The position numbers were made by a program, and so were the translations under genes. Below the pieces are notes generated by a model that made no database searches, was not told where the DNA came from, and saw only the letters and a list, made by a program, of their open reading frames with translations. From Desulfatiglandales bacterium (GTDB lineage: Bacteria > Desulfobacterota > DSM-4660 > Desulfatiglandales > Desulfatiglandaceae), in the NCBI GenBank assembly GCA_963666345.1, contig OY762721.1:3488001-3552000 (forward strand): a stretch of 64,000 bases of DNA, given 5' to 3'. Positions 29,112-40,562 of this stretch are shown piece by piece. How positions within the stretch are numbered: position 1 is the first letter of the stretch; every line of letters begins with the position of its first letter.

Positions 29112-30214
29112 TCCGCGTGACGGCTTTTAAGGCGATAATAGCGGGAGGCGGGACAGGGGGGCATCTTTTCCCCGGCATTGCCGTTGCCGGTGAGCTGGAA
29201 AAAAGATTCGATCAGGCGGAGGTGTTGTTCGTGGTGGGGCACAGGAAGATGGAAGGTGAGATCCTTTCCCGCTACGGCTATAAACAGAGGTCCATAGACA
29301 TTGAGGGCATAAAGGGCCGGGGCTGGAAAAAGGGGCTTTACGCGATGTTCAAGATCCCCAAAAGCCTTTTTCAGTCCATTAGACTGCTGAGGGAGTTTTC
29401 CCCCCATGTGGTGCTCGGGATGGGAGGCTATTCGGCAGGTCCGGTCTGCCTTGCGGCCCGGTTGATGGGAATACCGACCGCCATACATGAGCAGAACTCC
29501 TATCCGGGATTGACCAACCGGCTGCTGTCCAGGCTGGTGAACAGGGTCTTTATATCCTTTGAGCAAAGCGGGGCGCACCTGCCTGCCGGGTGCGTGTTGA
29601 CCGGTAACCCGGTGAGGGAGGAGATCCTGGCCGGTCGGGTGGAAAGACCGTCATCATTCACCCTGCTTGTGGTAGGGGGGAGCCTGGGCGCCAGGGCGGT
29701 CAACGACGCTTTTGTGGAGGCCCTTGACCTGCTTAAAAAAGAGGGAAGAACCGTGCACGTGATTCATCAGACAGGTGAGGCGGACCATGAAAGGATAATT
29801 GAGCGGTACGCAGCCCTCGGGCTTGAAGGGGAGATCAGTGCGTTCATAAACGATATGGCCGGCGCGTACGCCCGGGCAAGCCTGGTAATTGGGAGGGCGG
29901 GTGCCACAACCATATTCGAGCTTGCAGCTCTTTCCATGCCGTCGATACTCATACCTTATCCATACGCCGCCAACAGGCACCAGGACACAAACGCGCTGAG
30001 CCTTTCAGAGGCGGGGGGCGCGGAGACGGTAAAACAGGAGTCGCTTGACCCTCGGATGCTGGCGCGGCTCATCGGGAAATACATGGATGATCCGGATTCC
30101 TTGAGGCGCATGGGAGAAAACGCCGGCAGGATGATAAAGGGGAAGGCCCAGGCCGTAATAGCCGATCAGATAATTGAATTGATCGAGGAAAAGGGCAAAG
30201 GACGGATAATGTAA
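29108..30214 (+). CDS. murG: Lipid II GlcNAc transferase MurG
   Basis: [31 protein letters not shown]. Confidence 0.95.
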   Translation: MIRVTAFKAIIAGGGTGGHLFPGIAVAGELEKRFDQAEVLFVVGHRKMEGEILSRYGYKQRSIDIEGIKGRGWKKGLYAMFKIPKSLFQSIRLLREFSPHVVLGMGGYSAGPVCLAARLMGIPTAIHEQNSYPGLTNRLLSRLVNRVFISFEQSGAHLPAGCVLTGNPVREEILAGRVERPSSFTLLVVGGSLGARAVNDAFVEALDLLKKEGRTVHVIHQTGEADHERIIERYAALGLEGEISAFINDMAGAYARASLVIGRAGATTIFELAALSMPSILIPYPYAANRHQDTNALSLSEAGGAETVKQESLDPRMLARLIGKYMDDPDSLRRMGENAGRMIKGKAQAVIADQIIELIEEKGKGRIM

Positions 30215-31596
30215 TGGGACAATTCGGTAAGGCAAAACATATCCATTTCGTCGGTATCGGAGGCATCGGCATGAGCGGCATAGCCGAGCTCCTTATGAAC
30301 CTGGGCTATGAGGTAAGCGGCTCCGATCTGAAAGACAGCGAGGTGACAAGGCGTCTTGCTGCGGCCGGCGGAAAGATATTCAAAGGTCACGGCAGGGAGC
30401 AGATCAGGGGGGCCGACGTGGTGGTATATTCCTCGGCCGTGACCCGTGAAAATCCGGAGATAAGGGAGGCCAGAGACTGCTATATCCCGGTGATCCCGAG
30501 GGCCGAGATGCTTGCCGAGCTGATGAGACTCAAACATGGAATCGCGGTGGCGGGGGCGCACGGAAAGACAACCACTACCTCCATGGTGGCATCCATCCTG
30601 AACAGGGGAAACCTCGATCCGACGGTGGTGATCGGAGGGAGACTCGATATATGGGGCGGGTCCAACGCGAAACTGGGTCAGGGTGAAATCCTGGTTGCCG
30701 AGGCCGATGAGAGTGACGGCTCCTTTCTCGCACTTTCCCCCACCATAGCCGTGGTTACCAATCTGGACCATGAACATATGGATCACTACGGCGACATGGA
30801 TCGCATAAGGGATACATTCGTCGATTTCATAAACAAGATCCCCTTTTACGGCACCGCGGTCATCTGCCTGGATAACGAGGAGATCCAGGGGATACTGCCC
30901 AGGCTGAAAAAACGTTATCTGACCTACGGGACGGCATCCCAGGCCGATCTGAGGGGCTATAACATCGCTCAGGACGTAAGCGGCGTTCGGTTCGACGTGA
31001 GTCTCCATGACAGGCCCCTGGGCGGTGTGCTGGTAGCGATGCCGGGACAGCACAATGTCCACAACGCGCTTGCGGCCATAGGGGTCGGCCTTGAACTGGA
31101 TCTGGATATGGAAGTTATCAGGGAGGGGCTGGAGAATCTGGGCGGTCTGGCGAGAAGATTCCAGGTCAAAGGGGAAAACCGGGGGATACTGGTGCTTGAC
31201 GATTACGGGCATCATCCCACCGAGATAGACGCGGTGCTTACAACCGTAAGGGAATCCTGGCCCGAGAGACGATTGATAGTGGCCTTCCAGCCTCACAGAT
31301 ATTCGAGGACGAAATCCCTTTTCGACCGGTTTGTCATGAGTTTCAACGAGACCGACATGCTGGTGGTTACCGAGATATACCCGGCGGGAGAAGATCCCAT
31401 AGAGGGGATCTCGGGCGAGGCGCTCGTAAGGGGAATAAGGGAGCATGGACATAAGGAAGTCCATTTTATCAAAAACAAGGGGGACCTTCCCTCCTTTCTC
31501 CTTCCCAGGATGAAGGAAGGAGACCTCCTGCTCACCCTGGGCGCGGGAAACATATACAGGGAAGGCGAGAGGATAGTGGAAGAGCTTGGCAAATAA
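30214..31596 (+). CDS. murC: UDP-MurNAc:L-Ala ligase
   Basis: [44 protein letters not shown]. Confidence 0.96.
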   Translation: MGQFGKAKHIHFVGIGGIGMSGIAELLMNLGYEVSGSDLKDSEVTRRLAAAGGKIFKGHGREQIRGADVVVYSSAVTRENPEIREARDCYIPVIPRAEMLAELMRLKHGIAVAGAHGKTTTTSMVASILNRGNLDPTVVIGGRLDIWGGSNAKLGQGEILVAEADESDGSFLALSPTIAVVTNLDHEHMDHYGDMDRIRDTFVDFINKIPFYGTAVICLDNEEIQGILPRLKKRYLTYGTASQADLRGYNIAQDVSGVRFDVSLHDRPLGGVLVAMPGQHNVHNALAAIGVGLELDLDMEVIREGLENLGGLARRFQVKGENRGILVLDDYGHHPTEIDAVLTTVRESWPERRLIVAFQPHRYSRTKSLFDRFVMSFNETDMLVVTEIYPAGEDPIEGISGEALVRGIREHGHKEVHFIKNKGDLPSFLLPRMKEGDLLLTLGAGNIYREGERIVEELGK

Positions 31597-31629
31597 CGAG
31601 AATGGAAAAACCCGGGGCGTCTTATATCA

Positions 31630-32541
31630 ATGAACGCGGATCAGAAAAGGGAATTGTCCGGCATGGCGGGAAGCCGCGCAAGTTTCAAGGTCCCGATGTC
31701 GTTTTATACCACACTGGGCGTGGGAGGACCTGCCGAGGCCCTTTACCAGCCGGGTGACATACAGCAACTGGCGGAGGTAATAGCCTATCTCGGCTCGGAA
31801 ATGATCCCCTATGTTGTGGTGGGAAGGGGAAGCAACCTGCTCGTAACCGATAAGGGGATAAGCGGCGTCGTGATAATACTTGACGGGACACTGGAGGAAC
31901 TGACAAAGGGCCCTGAAGGACCGGAAAGCCTGGTCGCGGGTGGCGGGCTGGGTCTTGTCGACCTGCTTCTTTACTGCCGGAAAAACGGGCTCGGCGGGCT
32001 GGAATTTCTCTCCTGGGTGCCGGGGACCGTGGGCGGGGCCGTGAGGATGAACACGGGGGCCTTTGGAAAGGAGATGTCCGAATATGTCAGGGAGATTCAG
32101 ATCATAGACCCGGCCGGACGTGGGAAGACAATGAACAGGGAGGATTTGTCTTTTTCATATCGGAACCTGGACATTGAGCAGGGCGCGATAATCACCCGTG
32201 TCGTCCTCAGGCTCATGAGCGAGGACAGATCCGTTATCGAGTCAAGGGTAAAGGAGTTCATGAAAAGGCGCAAGCAGTCTCAGCCGTTCAATTATCCAAG
32301 CGCCGGGTCGGTTTTCAAGAATCCTCCGGGTGAATACGCGGGAAGGCTTATTGAACGGGCGGGTCTTAAGGGAAGGCGGGTCGGGGAGGCCATGATTTCG
32401 GGCAAGCACGCCAATTTCATAGTCAACATCGGCCGGGCAAAGGCGCGGGACATTATCGAACTGATGTCGATCGCCCGTGAAGAGGTGAAAAAGGGGACAG
32501 GGATCGAGCTCGAACCTGAAATAAGGATACTGGGTGACTGA
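31630..32541 (+). CDS. murB: UDP-N-acetylenolpyruvoylglucosamine reductase
   Basis: GRGSNLL, PGTVGGA, FSYR, SAGSVFKNP, HANFIVN, LEPE. Confidence 0.95.
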   Translation: MNADQKRELSGMAGSRASFKVPMSFYTTLGVGGPAEALYQPGDIQQLAEVIAYLGSEMIPYVVVGRGSNLLVTDKGISGVVIILDGTLEELTKGPEGPESLVAGGGLGLVDLLLYCRKNGLGGLEFLSWVPGTVGGAVRMNTGAFGKEMSEYVREIQIIDPAGRGKTMNREDLSFSYRNLDIEQGAIITRVVLRLMSEDRSVIESRVKEFMKRRKQSQPFNYPSAGSVFKNPPGEYAGRLIERAGLKGRRVGEAMISGKHANFIVNIGRAKARDIIELMSIAREEVKKGTGIELEPEIRILGD

Positions 32542-32583
32542 GACGTAAGGCGTCAGGGCAGGAAAAACTTACAAAGGGATTCC

Positions 32584-33408
32584 ATGCAAATGAGAAGGTC
32601 AGGGGCGGGGAAAAGGAAATCAAGGCGAAAATGGAGGTTTGATCCGGAAGGCATCAAAAGGCTTTTCAGGGATCTCGGCTCCTGCCTTTTAAAGGCATTC
32701 GTTGTCGCCTCCGCAGTGGTAATCATAAGCCTTTCCTTTGTATTCCTTTACCACTACATGCTTGAGTCTCCATATATGAAGCTCAGGGTCGTCGAGGTAA
32801 CCGGGGTCGATGATGAGATTCGCAGGGAACTCATATGTCTTGCCGGATTGAGTCCTGATCTGAGCCTCCTGGAGATGAACCTCAAGAGGTTGAAGGCGAA
32901 AATGGAGAGACACCCCTGGGTGAGATCCGTGACCATCGAGAGAAGGTTCCCCCGCAGCCTGGTGGTAAAGGCGGAAAAGGAGGTCCCCTGCGCCATGGTG
33001 GTAATGGACGGTATATATTATGTCAACGTGATGGGGGAGGTGTTCAAGACCGTAGAGGAGGGAGATAATGTCGATTTTCCGGTTATTACGGGACTTTCCA
33101 ATAACAGCTCCGAGGCCAGGGAACAGCTGGCCGAGGCGGGGCATCTGGTAAGGATGCTGGAGGGGCGGAAGGATCCGGCCTGCCTTAAGGATCTCTCGGA
33201 GATCCATCTGAACAGGGACGGGGGCCTGTCCATCTATTTCAGCGATCTTTCAGCGGAGATAAAGCTTGTGCCCACCGATCTTGAAGAGAAGCTGGAAGGG
33301 CTCAAAAAGGTTACCGACCGGCTCGTGGGAACCGGAAAGATCGATCAGGTAAACGGGATCGATCTTGATTACCGGGACGGGGCCGTTATCTCCTTTAAGA
33401 ACGGGTAA
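32584..33408 (+). CDS. ftsQ: Cell division protein FtsQ/DivIB
   Basis: TM, POTRA-type HPWV..V.IERRFP, C-terminal IDLDY; precedes ftsA. Confidence 0.88.
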   Translation: MQMRRSGAGKRKSRRKWRFDPEGIKRLFRDLGSCLLKAFVVASAVVIISLSFVFLYHYMLESPYMKLRVVEVTGVDDEIRRELICLAGLSPDLSLLEMNLKRLKAKMERHPWVRSVTIERRFPRSLVVKAEKEVPCAMVVMDGIYYVNVMGEVFKTVEEGDNVDFPVITGLSNNSSEAREQLAEAGHLVRMLEGRKDPACLKDLSEIHLNRDGGLSIYFSDLSAEIKLVPTDLEEKLEGLKKVTDRLVGTGKIDQVNGIDLDYRDGAVISFKNG

Positions 33409-33491
33409 AGGAAGAGACAACGGGAGTCATATGAAAAAGAGCGGCGTTGAATCGATATCGACTGGTATCTGAAAGGGGAGGTTTCGAAGGT

Positions 33492-34718
33492 ATGGCTGAA
33501 AAAATCATTGTTGGCCTTGATATTGGAACTACGAAAATCTGCGCGGTTGTCGGAGAGGCTCATCCTGATGGAATGGTTGAGATAATCGGAATGGGAACCC
33601 ACCCCTCCGAGGGGCTCAGAAAAGGGGTGGTCATAAATATCGAAAAGACCGTCAACTCCATAAAAGAGGCGGTTGAAGAGGCCGAGACAATGGCAGGTTG
33701 CGAGATCAGTTCCGCCTATACCGGCATAGCCGGCGGTCATATAAAGGGTTTCAACTTCCCCGGAGTGATAGCCCTAAAGGAAAAAGAGGTAACAAAAAAG
33801 GATATCGAGCGGGTTATCGAGGCGGCAAGTGCGGTGGCCATCCCGATGGACAGGGAGGTTATCCACACCCTTGTCCAGGAATTCATAGTGGACGAGCAGG
33901 ACGGGATAATGGATCCCCTCGGCATGTCGGGCGTAAGGCTGGAGGCAAAGGTCCATATCGTGACCGGTGCCGTAACCTCGGCCCAGAACATAATCAAGTG
34001 CGCCAACAGGGCCGGGCTGGACGTGTGCGATATCGTGCTTCAGTCGCTTGCCTCAAGCGAGGCGGTGCTCTCGGATGAGGAACGCAACCTGGGCGCCGCG
34101 CTCATAGATTTCGGCGGGGGCACGACCGATATGGCGGTTTTTTCAAGGGGGTCCATAAAGCACACCTCGGTCCTGGCGCTCGGGGGTGACAACCTTACCT
34201 ATGATATCGCGGTCGGGCTCAGGACCCCGAAACTTGACGCTGAAAAGATAAAGATAAAGTACGGCTGCGCCCTTTCATCCCTGATCGGAAAAGAGGAGAC
34301 CATAGAGGTCCCGGGCGTGGGAGGGAGAAAAGCGAGGATGCTTTCAAGACAGATACTCGGGGAGATCCTGGAGCCGAGGGTCGAGGAGATCTTCTCGATC
34401 ATATATGGGGAGCTTGCCCAGTCGGGATATGAAAACAGCATAACCTCCGGAATCGTTGCAACGGGCGGCTCCTCCGAACTGCCCGGTATAACCGAAATGG
34501 CCGAGCAGATCTTCAACGCCCCTTCCAGGGTCGGATACCCCAGGGGCATTACCGGCCTTGTCGAGGTCGTAAACAAGCCGATGTACGCGACCGCGGTGGG
34601 CCTTGTGCTCTACGGGGCAAAGAACAGGAAAAAGGGCAGGAAATTCAGGATCAGGGACGCGAATATTTTTAACCGGGTAATAGATAGAATGAAGAAATGG
34701 TTTAAGGATGTAATATGA
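33492..34718 (+). CDS. ftsA: Cell division protein FtsA
   Basis: GLDIGTTK, GLRKG, DFGGGTT, TGGSS, YATAVGL, C-terminal amphipathic MKKWFKD. Confidence 0.96.
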   Translation: MAEKIIVGLDIGTTKICAVVGEAHPDGMVEIIGMGTHPSEGLRKGVVINIEKTVNSIKEAVEEAETMAGCEISSAYTGIAGGHIKGFNFPGVIALKEKEVTKKDIERVIEAASAVAIPMDREVIHTLVQEFIVDEQDGIMDPLGMSGVRLEAKVHIVTGAVTSAQNIIKCANRAGLDVCDIVLQSLASSEAVLSDEERNLGAALIDFGGGTTDMAVFSRGSIKHTSVLALGGDNLTYDIAVGLRTPKLDAEKIKIKYGCALSSLIGKEETIEVPGVGGRKARMLSRQILGEILEPRVEEIFSIIYGELAQSGYENSITSGIVATGGSSELPGITEMAEQIFNAPSRVGYPRGITGLVEVVNKPMYATAVGLVLYGAKNRKKGRKFRIRDANIFNRVIDRMKKWFKDVI

Positions 34719-34812
34719 GTGTCTTCAAAAAAAAGACGACTCGTATAAAGATAAACGTCAATTGCGAGCTGAAGACCTTCAGAGCGCGTAAACAAAAAAA
34801 AGGAGGGACGCC

Positions 34813-36078
34813 ATGAAATTTGAATTTGTCGAGGAGACGGAAAATCAGAGGTACAACGCAAAGATCAAGGTCATAGGTGTGGGCGGAGGAGGGGGAAACG
34901 CCATCAACAACATGATCAATTCAAAGCTTCAGGGTGTTGATTTCACCGTGGCAAACACCGACCGCCAGGACCTTGACAGGTCGTTGTGCACCGACAGGGT
35001 GCAATTGGGCCCATCCATAACAATGGGCCTTGGCGCCGGAGCCGATCCCGAGATAGGCAGAAATTCGGCGGAAGAAAGCATGGACGAGATCAAGGAGAGC
35101 GTCAACGGCGCCGACATGATCTTTATAACGGCCGGGATGGGAGGCGGAACAGGTACCGGGGCCTCACCGGTGGTCGCAAGGGAATGCAAGGAAAGCGGCG
35201 CCCTGACCGTGGCGGTGGTCACAAAGCCCTTTAAATTCGAGGGTGAAAAGAGGATGAGAAGGGCCCTTGAGGGGATAGAAAATCTCAAGGCCGACGTGGA
35301 CAGTCTCATTGTCATCCCCAATGAGAGGCTGAAGGTGCTCGGGAGCAAGAGTACCTCTTTCAAGGATCTCATAGCAAGGGCGGACGAGGTGCTGCTTCAG
35401 GCGGTAAAAGGCATATCAGGGCTTATAATGAGCAACGGATTTATAAATCTTGATTTTGCCGATGTAAAAAGGGTAATGCTTGAGGCTGGAACCGCCATAA
35501 TGGGAGTGGGAAGGGCGAGCGGTGAAAACAGGGCTACCGAGGCGGCCCAGATGGCCATAAACAGTCCGCTGCTTGAAGACATCTCCATAAGCGGGGCAAA
35601 GGGCCTTCTCATGAACCTGACAGGTCCGAGCGACATGACTATGGACGAGATAGACGAGGCATCCACCTACATCAAGGGAGAGGTAAACGAGGATGCCGAG
35701 ATCTTCTGGGGCGTGGTCTTTGATGATTCCTGCGGAGACGAGGTCCAGGTCACGGTTATCGCCACCGGCACCGATAAAGGCGGTGATGTGGCGGGAAGGC
35801 GTTATTCCACCCCCCGCGCGGTCGTCAATTACGACAACGTGGTAAACCTGAGGGAGGCAACCCCCGAGGATGTCGCGGACAGCTGGACGGTCAGGCTCAA
35901 CGGAGAAAACCTGGATACCCCAACATTTCAGCGGAAATATGAAGGCATGACGAACCGGGAGGAAGACCTTGAGGCCCAGATGGGAAGGGCGCAGAGGAAA
36001 AAGAAGGGTTTTTTCAGCAAGTCCTTTTTTAAGGACAGCCTTGATTACCCCACGTTTCTCAGGGTAAAGGCCGATTAG
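34813..36078 (+). CDS. ftsZ: Cell division protein FtsZ
   Basis: GVGGGGGN, GAGADP, GGGTGTG, NLDFAD, VIATG; GGAGG RBS. Confidence 0.97.
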   Translation: MKFEFVEETENQRYNAKIKVIGVGGGGGNAINNMINSKLQGVDFTVANTDRQDLDRSLCTDRVQLGPSITMGLGAGADPEIGRNSAEESMDEIKESVNGADMIFITAGMGGGTGTGASPVVARECKESGALTVAVVTKPFKFEGEKRMRRALEGIENLKADVDSLIVIPNERLKVLGSKSTSFKDLIARADEVLLQAVKGISGLIMSNGFINLDFADVKRVMLEAGTAIMGVGRASGENRATEAAQMAINSPLLEDISISGAKGLLMNLTGPSDMTMDEIDEASTYIKGEVNEDAEIFWGVVFDDSCGDEVQVTVIATGTDKGGDVAGRRYSTPRAVVNYDNVVNLREATPEDVADSWTVRLNGENLDTPTFQRKYEGMTNREEDLEAQMGRAQRKKKGFFSKSFFKDSLDYPTFLRVKAD

Positions 36079-36100
36079 CAGCGGAAAGGTTGAAAAGGAA

Positions 36101-37858
36101 GTGCCCACGGATATAGTGTCCCTCTATCTTGCCAGAGTGGCCGGAGAAACAGGGACGGTCAGAAAGGACAGGGGAGGCAGGCTCTCGATAGCGCTTGTCT
36201 ATCCCAACAGTTACCGCCTGGGCATGTCAAACCTGGGATTCCAGGTCGTGTATCATCTCTTCAACAAAAGGCCCGAGGTCGTCGCGGAGAGGTTCTTCCT
36301 GCCTGAAGGAAAAGAAATGTCCCTCTACCTTCAGTCGGGAAAACCCCTGATGTCGCTGGAATCGCAGACGCCCCTATATCTGTTCGACCTCGTGGCCTTT
36401 TCCCTTTCCTTTGAAAATGATTATCCCAACATACTGAAAATCCTTGAACTGGGGAGTATCCCGCTTCTTTCAAAAGACAGGAGGGGCGGAGGCTTTCCCC
36501 CTGTCATGGCGGGGGGAATCACAACCTTTCTGAACCCGGAGCCGATCGCGGATTTCATGGATTTTTTCCTCATGGGAGAGGCCGAATCCTTTTTAGACCA
36601 TTTCCTGGACACCTTTATCGATCTTCATGACGGCCGGGCCGAAGGCGCTGAACTGCTCAAGGCGCTTGCGACATCGGTCCCCAACCTTTATGCCCCCGCG
36701 CTCTACGCGCAGGAATATGAAAAAGGGGGAGCAATCAGGGCCTTTTACCCAAAGGCGGGTGTGCCGGAGACGATCAGGACGGCCAGGCATGTCACAGACG
36801 CAGATGCCGTGCCTTTTTCAACGATCCGGACACAGGAGACGGAATTTTCAGGAAAGGTCCTGGCCGAAATCGGGCGGGGCTGCGGCAGGTCCTGCAGGTT
36901 CTGCGCGGCAGGCTACGTGTACCGTCCCCCGAGGATTCACGGCGTAAAGGCCATAAAATCGACCATGGACAAGGTGCTTATGAGCTGCGACAAGGTAGGG
37001 TTGATTGCCGCTGCCGTCTCGGACGTGCCCGGAATCGAGGAGGTAACCTCCCATATCCTTGAGAAGGGGGCGCATTTTTCAGTCTCCTCCCTTAGGGCCG
37101 ATTCGATCACCGTAAGACTCATCGAGGACCTGAGGGATTCGGGACAGAAGAGCCTCGCCATAGCGCCTGAGGCGGGCTCTGAAAGAATGAGGCGGGTAAT
37201 CAACAAGCATCTCAGCCGGCAGGAGATAATAGAGGCGGTAAGGCTCATATCGGGGACAGGTGATTTCTCTCTGAGGCTGTACGCCCTCATAGGGCTTCCC
37301 ACCGAGACCAATGATGACGTGGCCTCCCTGGTCGATCTTGTAAAGGTCATACGGCACCATATGATAAAGGCATCGGCTCAAAGGGGCAGCATGGGGCAGA
37401 TAAGGCTGAGCCTCAATTGCTTTATCCCCAAGCCCTTTACCCCGTTTCAGTGGTTTCCCATGGAGGAGCTCGGCAGCCTCAAGCAGAAGCAGAAACGGCT
37501 CAAAAAGGCTCTTATAAAAGAGGGGGGCATCAGTGTCGGTTTTGATGTGCCCAAATGGGCCTATCTGCAGACCCTTCTTTCCCAGGGAGACAGGAGGGTC
37601 GGATCGATCCTGCTTAAGGCCCATGAACTTAAAGACGACTGGAAAAAGGCGTTCCGCAGCTCGGAACTTAATCCCGATTTTTTCGTGTACCGGCAAAAGG
37701 ACCTTGATGAGATACTGCCGTGGGATTTTATCGATAACGGCGTAAGAAAGGCCCATCTCAAAAGGGAATACGATCTGGCATTAAAGGCTGAGGAATCAGA
37801 CGAGTGCCGGATGGGTGACTGCAGATTGTGCGGGGCGTGCTCCCTGTTTGACAAATAA
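36101..37858 (+). CDS. Radical SAM protein (TIGR03960/B12-binding-like)
   Basis: YPNSY..GMSNLG, RGCGRSCRFC, APEAGSER, FIPKPFTPFQW, LPWD, C-terminal Cys cluster. Confidence 0.85.
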   Translation: MPTDIVSLYLARVAGETGTVRKDRGGRLSIALVYPNSYRLGMSNLGFQVVYHLFNKRPEVVAERFFLPEGKEMSLYLQSGKPLMSLESQTPLYLFDLVAFSLSFENDYPNILKILELGSIPLLSKDRRGGGFPPVMAGGITTFLNPEPIADFMDFFLMGEAESFLDHFLDTFIDLHDGRAEGAELLKALATSVPNLYAPALYAQEYEKGGAIRAFYPKAGVPETIRTARHVTDADAVPFSTIRTQETEFSGKVLAEIGRGCGRSCRFCAAGYVYRPPRIHGVKAIKSTMDKVLMSCDKVGLIAAAVSDVPGIEEVTSHILEKGAHFSVSSLRADSITVRLIEDLRDSGQKSLAIAPEAGSERMRRVINKHLSRQEIIEAVRLISGTGDFSLRLYALIGLPTETNDDVASLVDLVKVIRHHMIKASAQRGSMGQIRLSLNCFIPKPFTPFQWFPMEELGSLKQKQKRLKKALIKEGGISVGFDVPKWAYLQTLLSQGDRRVGSILLKAHELKDDWKKAFRSSELNPDFFVYRQKDLDEILPWDFIDNGVRKAHLKREYDLALKAEESDECRMGDCRLCGACSLFDK

Positions 37859-38040
37859 AATTGCAGGCCTTGAACTCGCCTCCCGACCCGCTTATTCTCC
37901 GCAGCTTGCCACAGACAGCCTCAATCCATCCCGTGGCACGGTTTCACACTCCATGAATCAGCAATGTCGTTTTTATCAACAGACACCCCACTTTTAATTT
38001 GAAAAATCTTTCTTAGATTAAAAGAAAGGAGGTGTGAATT

Positions 38041-38964
38041 ATGAACAGGAGAGAATTTATTGTGAAAACGGCAGGGTGTGCCGCTCTTGCCGCCCTTGAT
38101 ATTGCACTTCCCGGGCTGACCGGCATAAAGGCCGATGCGGGAGATCTTCCTGATATTGTACTGGCAAAGGGCGGTCCTGAAAAGGCCACGAGGGCGGCAG
38201 TAAACGCCCTGGGAGGTATGAGGCGCTTCGTAAGTCAGGGTCAGAGGGTAGTGATAAAGCCCAACATGAGTTTCCCGAATCCCCCTGAGATGGCGACGAC
38301 CACCCACCCTGAGGTCATAAGAGAACTCGTCAGACAGTGCGTCGAGGCGGGGGCGTCATCGGTCCTGGTCCTGGATAACCCCTTAAGAGACATAGAGATA
38401 TGCCTTGAAAGATCGCGATTAAAGGATGTCTGCAGGGGGTTCAAGGGCTCCAGACTGGGAGGTCTCAAAGACAAGGGGTCTTTCAAAAAGGTCCAGGTCC
38501 CGGGCGGAAAGGACCTCAAGTCCACCATGGTCATGAAACAGGTGCTGAAGGCTGACGTGCTCATCGCTGCCCCTGTCGCCAAATCGCACAGTGCCACCGG
38601 TGTGAGTCTTTCAATGAAGGGGATGATGGGTCTTATCTACAACAGAAGCGTTTTCCATTATGCCATGGACCTAAACAGTGCGATAGTGGATCTCTGTACG
38701 ATCCTCAAGCCCTCTCTCACTGTAATAGATGCCACGAGAATCCTTAGCGAGGGAGGCCCCGGAGGCCCTGGAAAGGTAATTACAATGAACAGGGTGATAG
38801 CCTCAAACGATATGGTTGCGGCGGACTCAACAGCGGTTGAACTGGGTACCTGGTACGGAAAAAAGATAAAGGCGTCAGGCATAGAACATATAAGGCTGGC
38901 CCATAACAGGGGACTGGGCAGTATGAATATCTCGAATATGTCGGTAAAAGAGGTTACGGGCTGA
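38041..38964 (+). CDS. Tat-exported DUF362 protein
   Basis: MNRREFI twin-arginine signal, VVIKPN, TTHPEV, KSH...SLSMKGMMG, VAAD. Confidence 0.85.
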   Translation: MNRREFIVKTAGCAALAALDIALPGLTGIKADAGDLPDIVLAKGGPEKATRAAVNALGGMRRFVSQGQRVVIKPNMSFPNPPEMATTTHPEVIRELVRQCVEAGASSVLVLDNPLRDIEICLERSRLKDVCRGFKGSRLGGLKDKGSFKKVQVPGGKDLKSTMVMKQVLKADVLIAAPVAKSHSATGVSLSMKGMMGLIYNRSVFHYAMDLNSAIVDLCTILKPSLTVIDATRILSEGGPGGPGKVITMNRVIASNDMVAADSTAVELGTWYGKKIKASGIEHIRLAHNRGLGSMNISNMSVKEVTG

Positions 38965-40562
38965 TGAGATTTCAGCGAGTTATTCAGACCCTTACCCTTT
39001 TACTGTTCCTTTTGCTGCTGTGGCGTGTGGCCTATCCGCTTCCGGCGTGGGAGGGCCTGAACGTATTTTTGAAACTGGACCCGCTGATCGCCTTGGGCAC
39101 GGCCGCCTCATCTCGCGCCGTTATAGAGGGGATGGGCCTTGCAGTCCTGGTCCTGCTGATTACTCTGGTACTCGGAAGATTTTTCTGCGGGCATATCTGC
39201 CCCATGGGGACTACACTGGATGTTTGTCAAAGGTTCATAAAAGGCAAAAATAAGAGCGATTCCGCAAGGGGTGCCGCAACAGGGCGGCAATACAGGAAGT
39301 TCAAATATCTCATCCTTTTCTTTGTGGCGGGCACCTCGCTTCTTGGGATTTCGTCGGTATTTTTGTTCTCTCCCCTTTCGATAATCACCCGTTTTTACTC
39401 TCTTGTAATCTATCCCCTTTTTATGCTCATCCTTGGGCTTCTGCTTGAAACCTTCCGCCCTCTGTCTGAATATCTGGGCATGGATGCGCTGAGCCTTGTG
39501 AGCATAAAAACCCCCTATTTCAACACAAACGTTTTTGTCATGTTCCTTATGGCAACCATCATTTGCCTAGGGCTTCTGGCACCCAGATTCTGGTGCAGGA
39601 ACCTGTGCCCTGCAGGAGCAATATTCGCGATATTGTCCTTCAGACCCTTTTTTAGAAGAAGGGTATCAGAAGATTGCACCCTGTGCGGCAGATGTGCCAG
39701 GGCCTGCCCGGCAGCCGCCATTGATGATGATTTCTTTAATACCTCATATAGCGAATGTATAGTCTGTCTCAAATGTCAGGAGTTATGCCCGGAGGATGCG
39801 ATCTCTTTTTTCCCGGGCTGGAAAAGGCACGTGCCGGCCCAGGTGGATATGGGAAAGAGGAGGCTTCTAGGGGCCTTTGCAGCAGGTATGGGCACTGCGG
39901 CGGTTTCAATGACTAACCTGAGATATCTGCATGAACTGGAGCATCCTAAGGCGCTCAGATCGGCAAGACTCATAAGGCCCCCGGGCGCTCTTCCTGAAAG
40001 TGGTTTTCAGGCCAGATGCGTGCGTTGCGGGCTGTGCATGAAAGGATGCCTGACCAACACCCTTCAGCCTGTCTGGTGGGAGGCGGGGATGACGGGGGTT
40101 TGGACTCCCATGCTCTTTGCGAGATTTGCAGGATGCGAGCAAAACTGCAACATATGCGGGTGGATCTGCCCCACCGGGGCCATAAGGCCTCTTGATCTTG
40201 AGGAAAAGAAATTTGCGAAGGTAGGCACAGCACGCATAATAAAGTCTCGATGCATAGCATGGGAGCAGGACAAAAAATGCCTCATCTGTGACGAGATATG
40301 CCCCTATAACGCCATCTCCCACCAGCCGGCTGAAGGCAAAAAGGCTACGGTTCCGGTTGTTGAGGAATCCAGATGCAATGGTTGCGGCTACTGTGAGATG
40401 AAGTGCCCTGTCAAGGGGGAATCCGCCATCGTCATAGAGCCGACAGGAGAGCTCCGCCTCTCGTCTGGTTCCTATAAAAAAAGGGCTCTTGAGCTGGGCC
40501 TCAAGCTGAACAGGGCTCCCGGTACGCCTTATATGAAAAACCAAAGTCCATTGTCTGATTGA
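38964..40562 (+). CDS. Membrane polyferredoxin (NapH/MauN-like fused to MauM-like 4Fe-4S domains)
   Basis: GRFFCGHICPMG, RFWCRNLCPAG, several CxxCxxCxxxCP, LIRPPGA. Confidence 0.85.
   Translation: MRFQRVIQTLTLLLFLLLLWRVAYPLPAWEGLNVFLKLDPLIALGTAASSRAVIEGMGLAVLVLLITLVLGRFFCGHICPMGTTLDVCQRFIKGKNKSDSARGAATGRQYRKFKYLILFFVAGTSLLGISSVFLFSPLSIITRFYSLVIYPLFMLILGLLLETFRPLSEYLGMDALSLVSIKTPYFNTNVFVMFLMATIICLGLLAPRFWCRNLCPAGAIFAILSFRPFFRRRVSEDCTLCGRCARACPAAAIDDDFFNTSYSECIVCLKCQELCPEDAISFFPGWKRHVPAQVDMGKRRLLGAFAAGMGTAAVSMTNLRYLHELEHPKALRSARLIRPPGALPESGFQARCVRCGLCMKGCLTNTLQPVWWEAGMTGVWTPMLFARFAGCEQNCNICGWICPTGAIRPLDLEEKKFAKVGTARIIKSRCIAWEQDKKCLICDEICPYNAISHQPAEGKKATVPVVEESRCNGCGYCEMKCPVKGESAIVIEPTGELRLSSGSYKKRALELGLKLNRAPGTPYMKNQSPLSD

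Noticed and set aside
30166..31464. Long antisense ORFs over murC, livG, murF, ISL3 and others
   Set aside because: Shadow frames of well-conserved genes with no recognisable motifs
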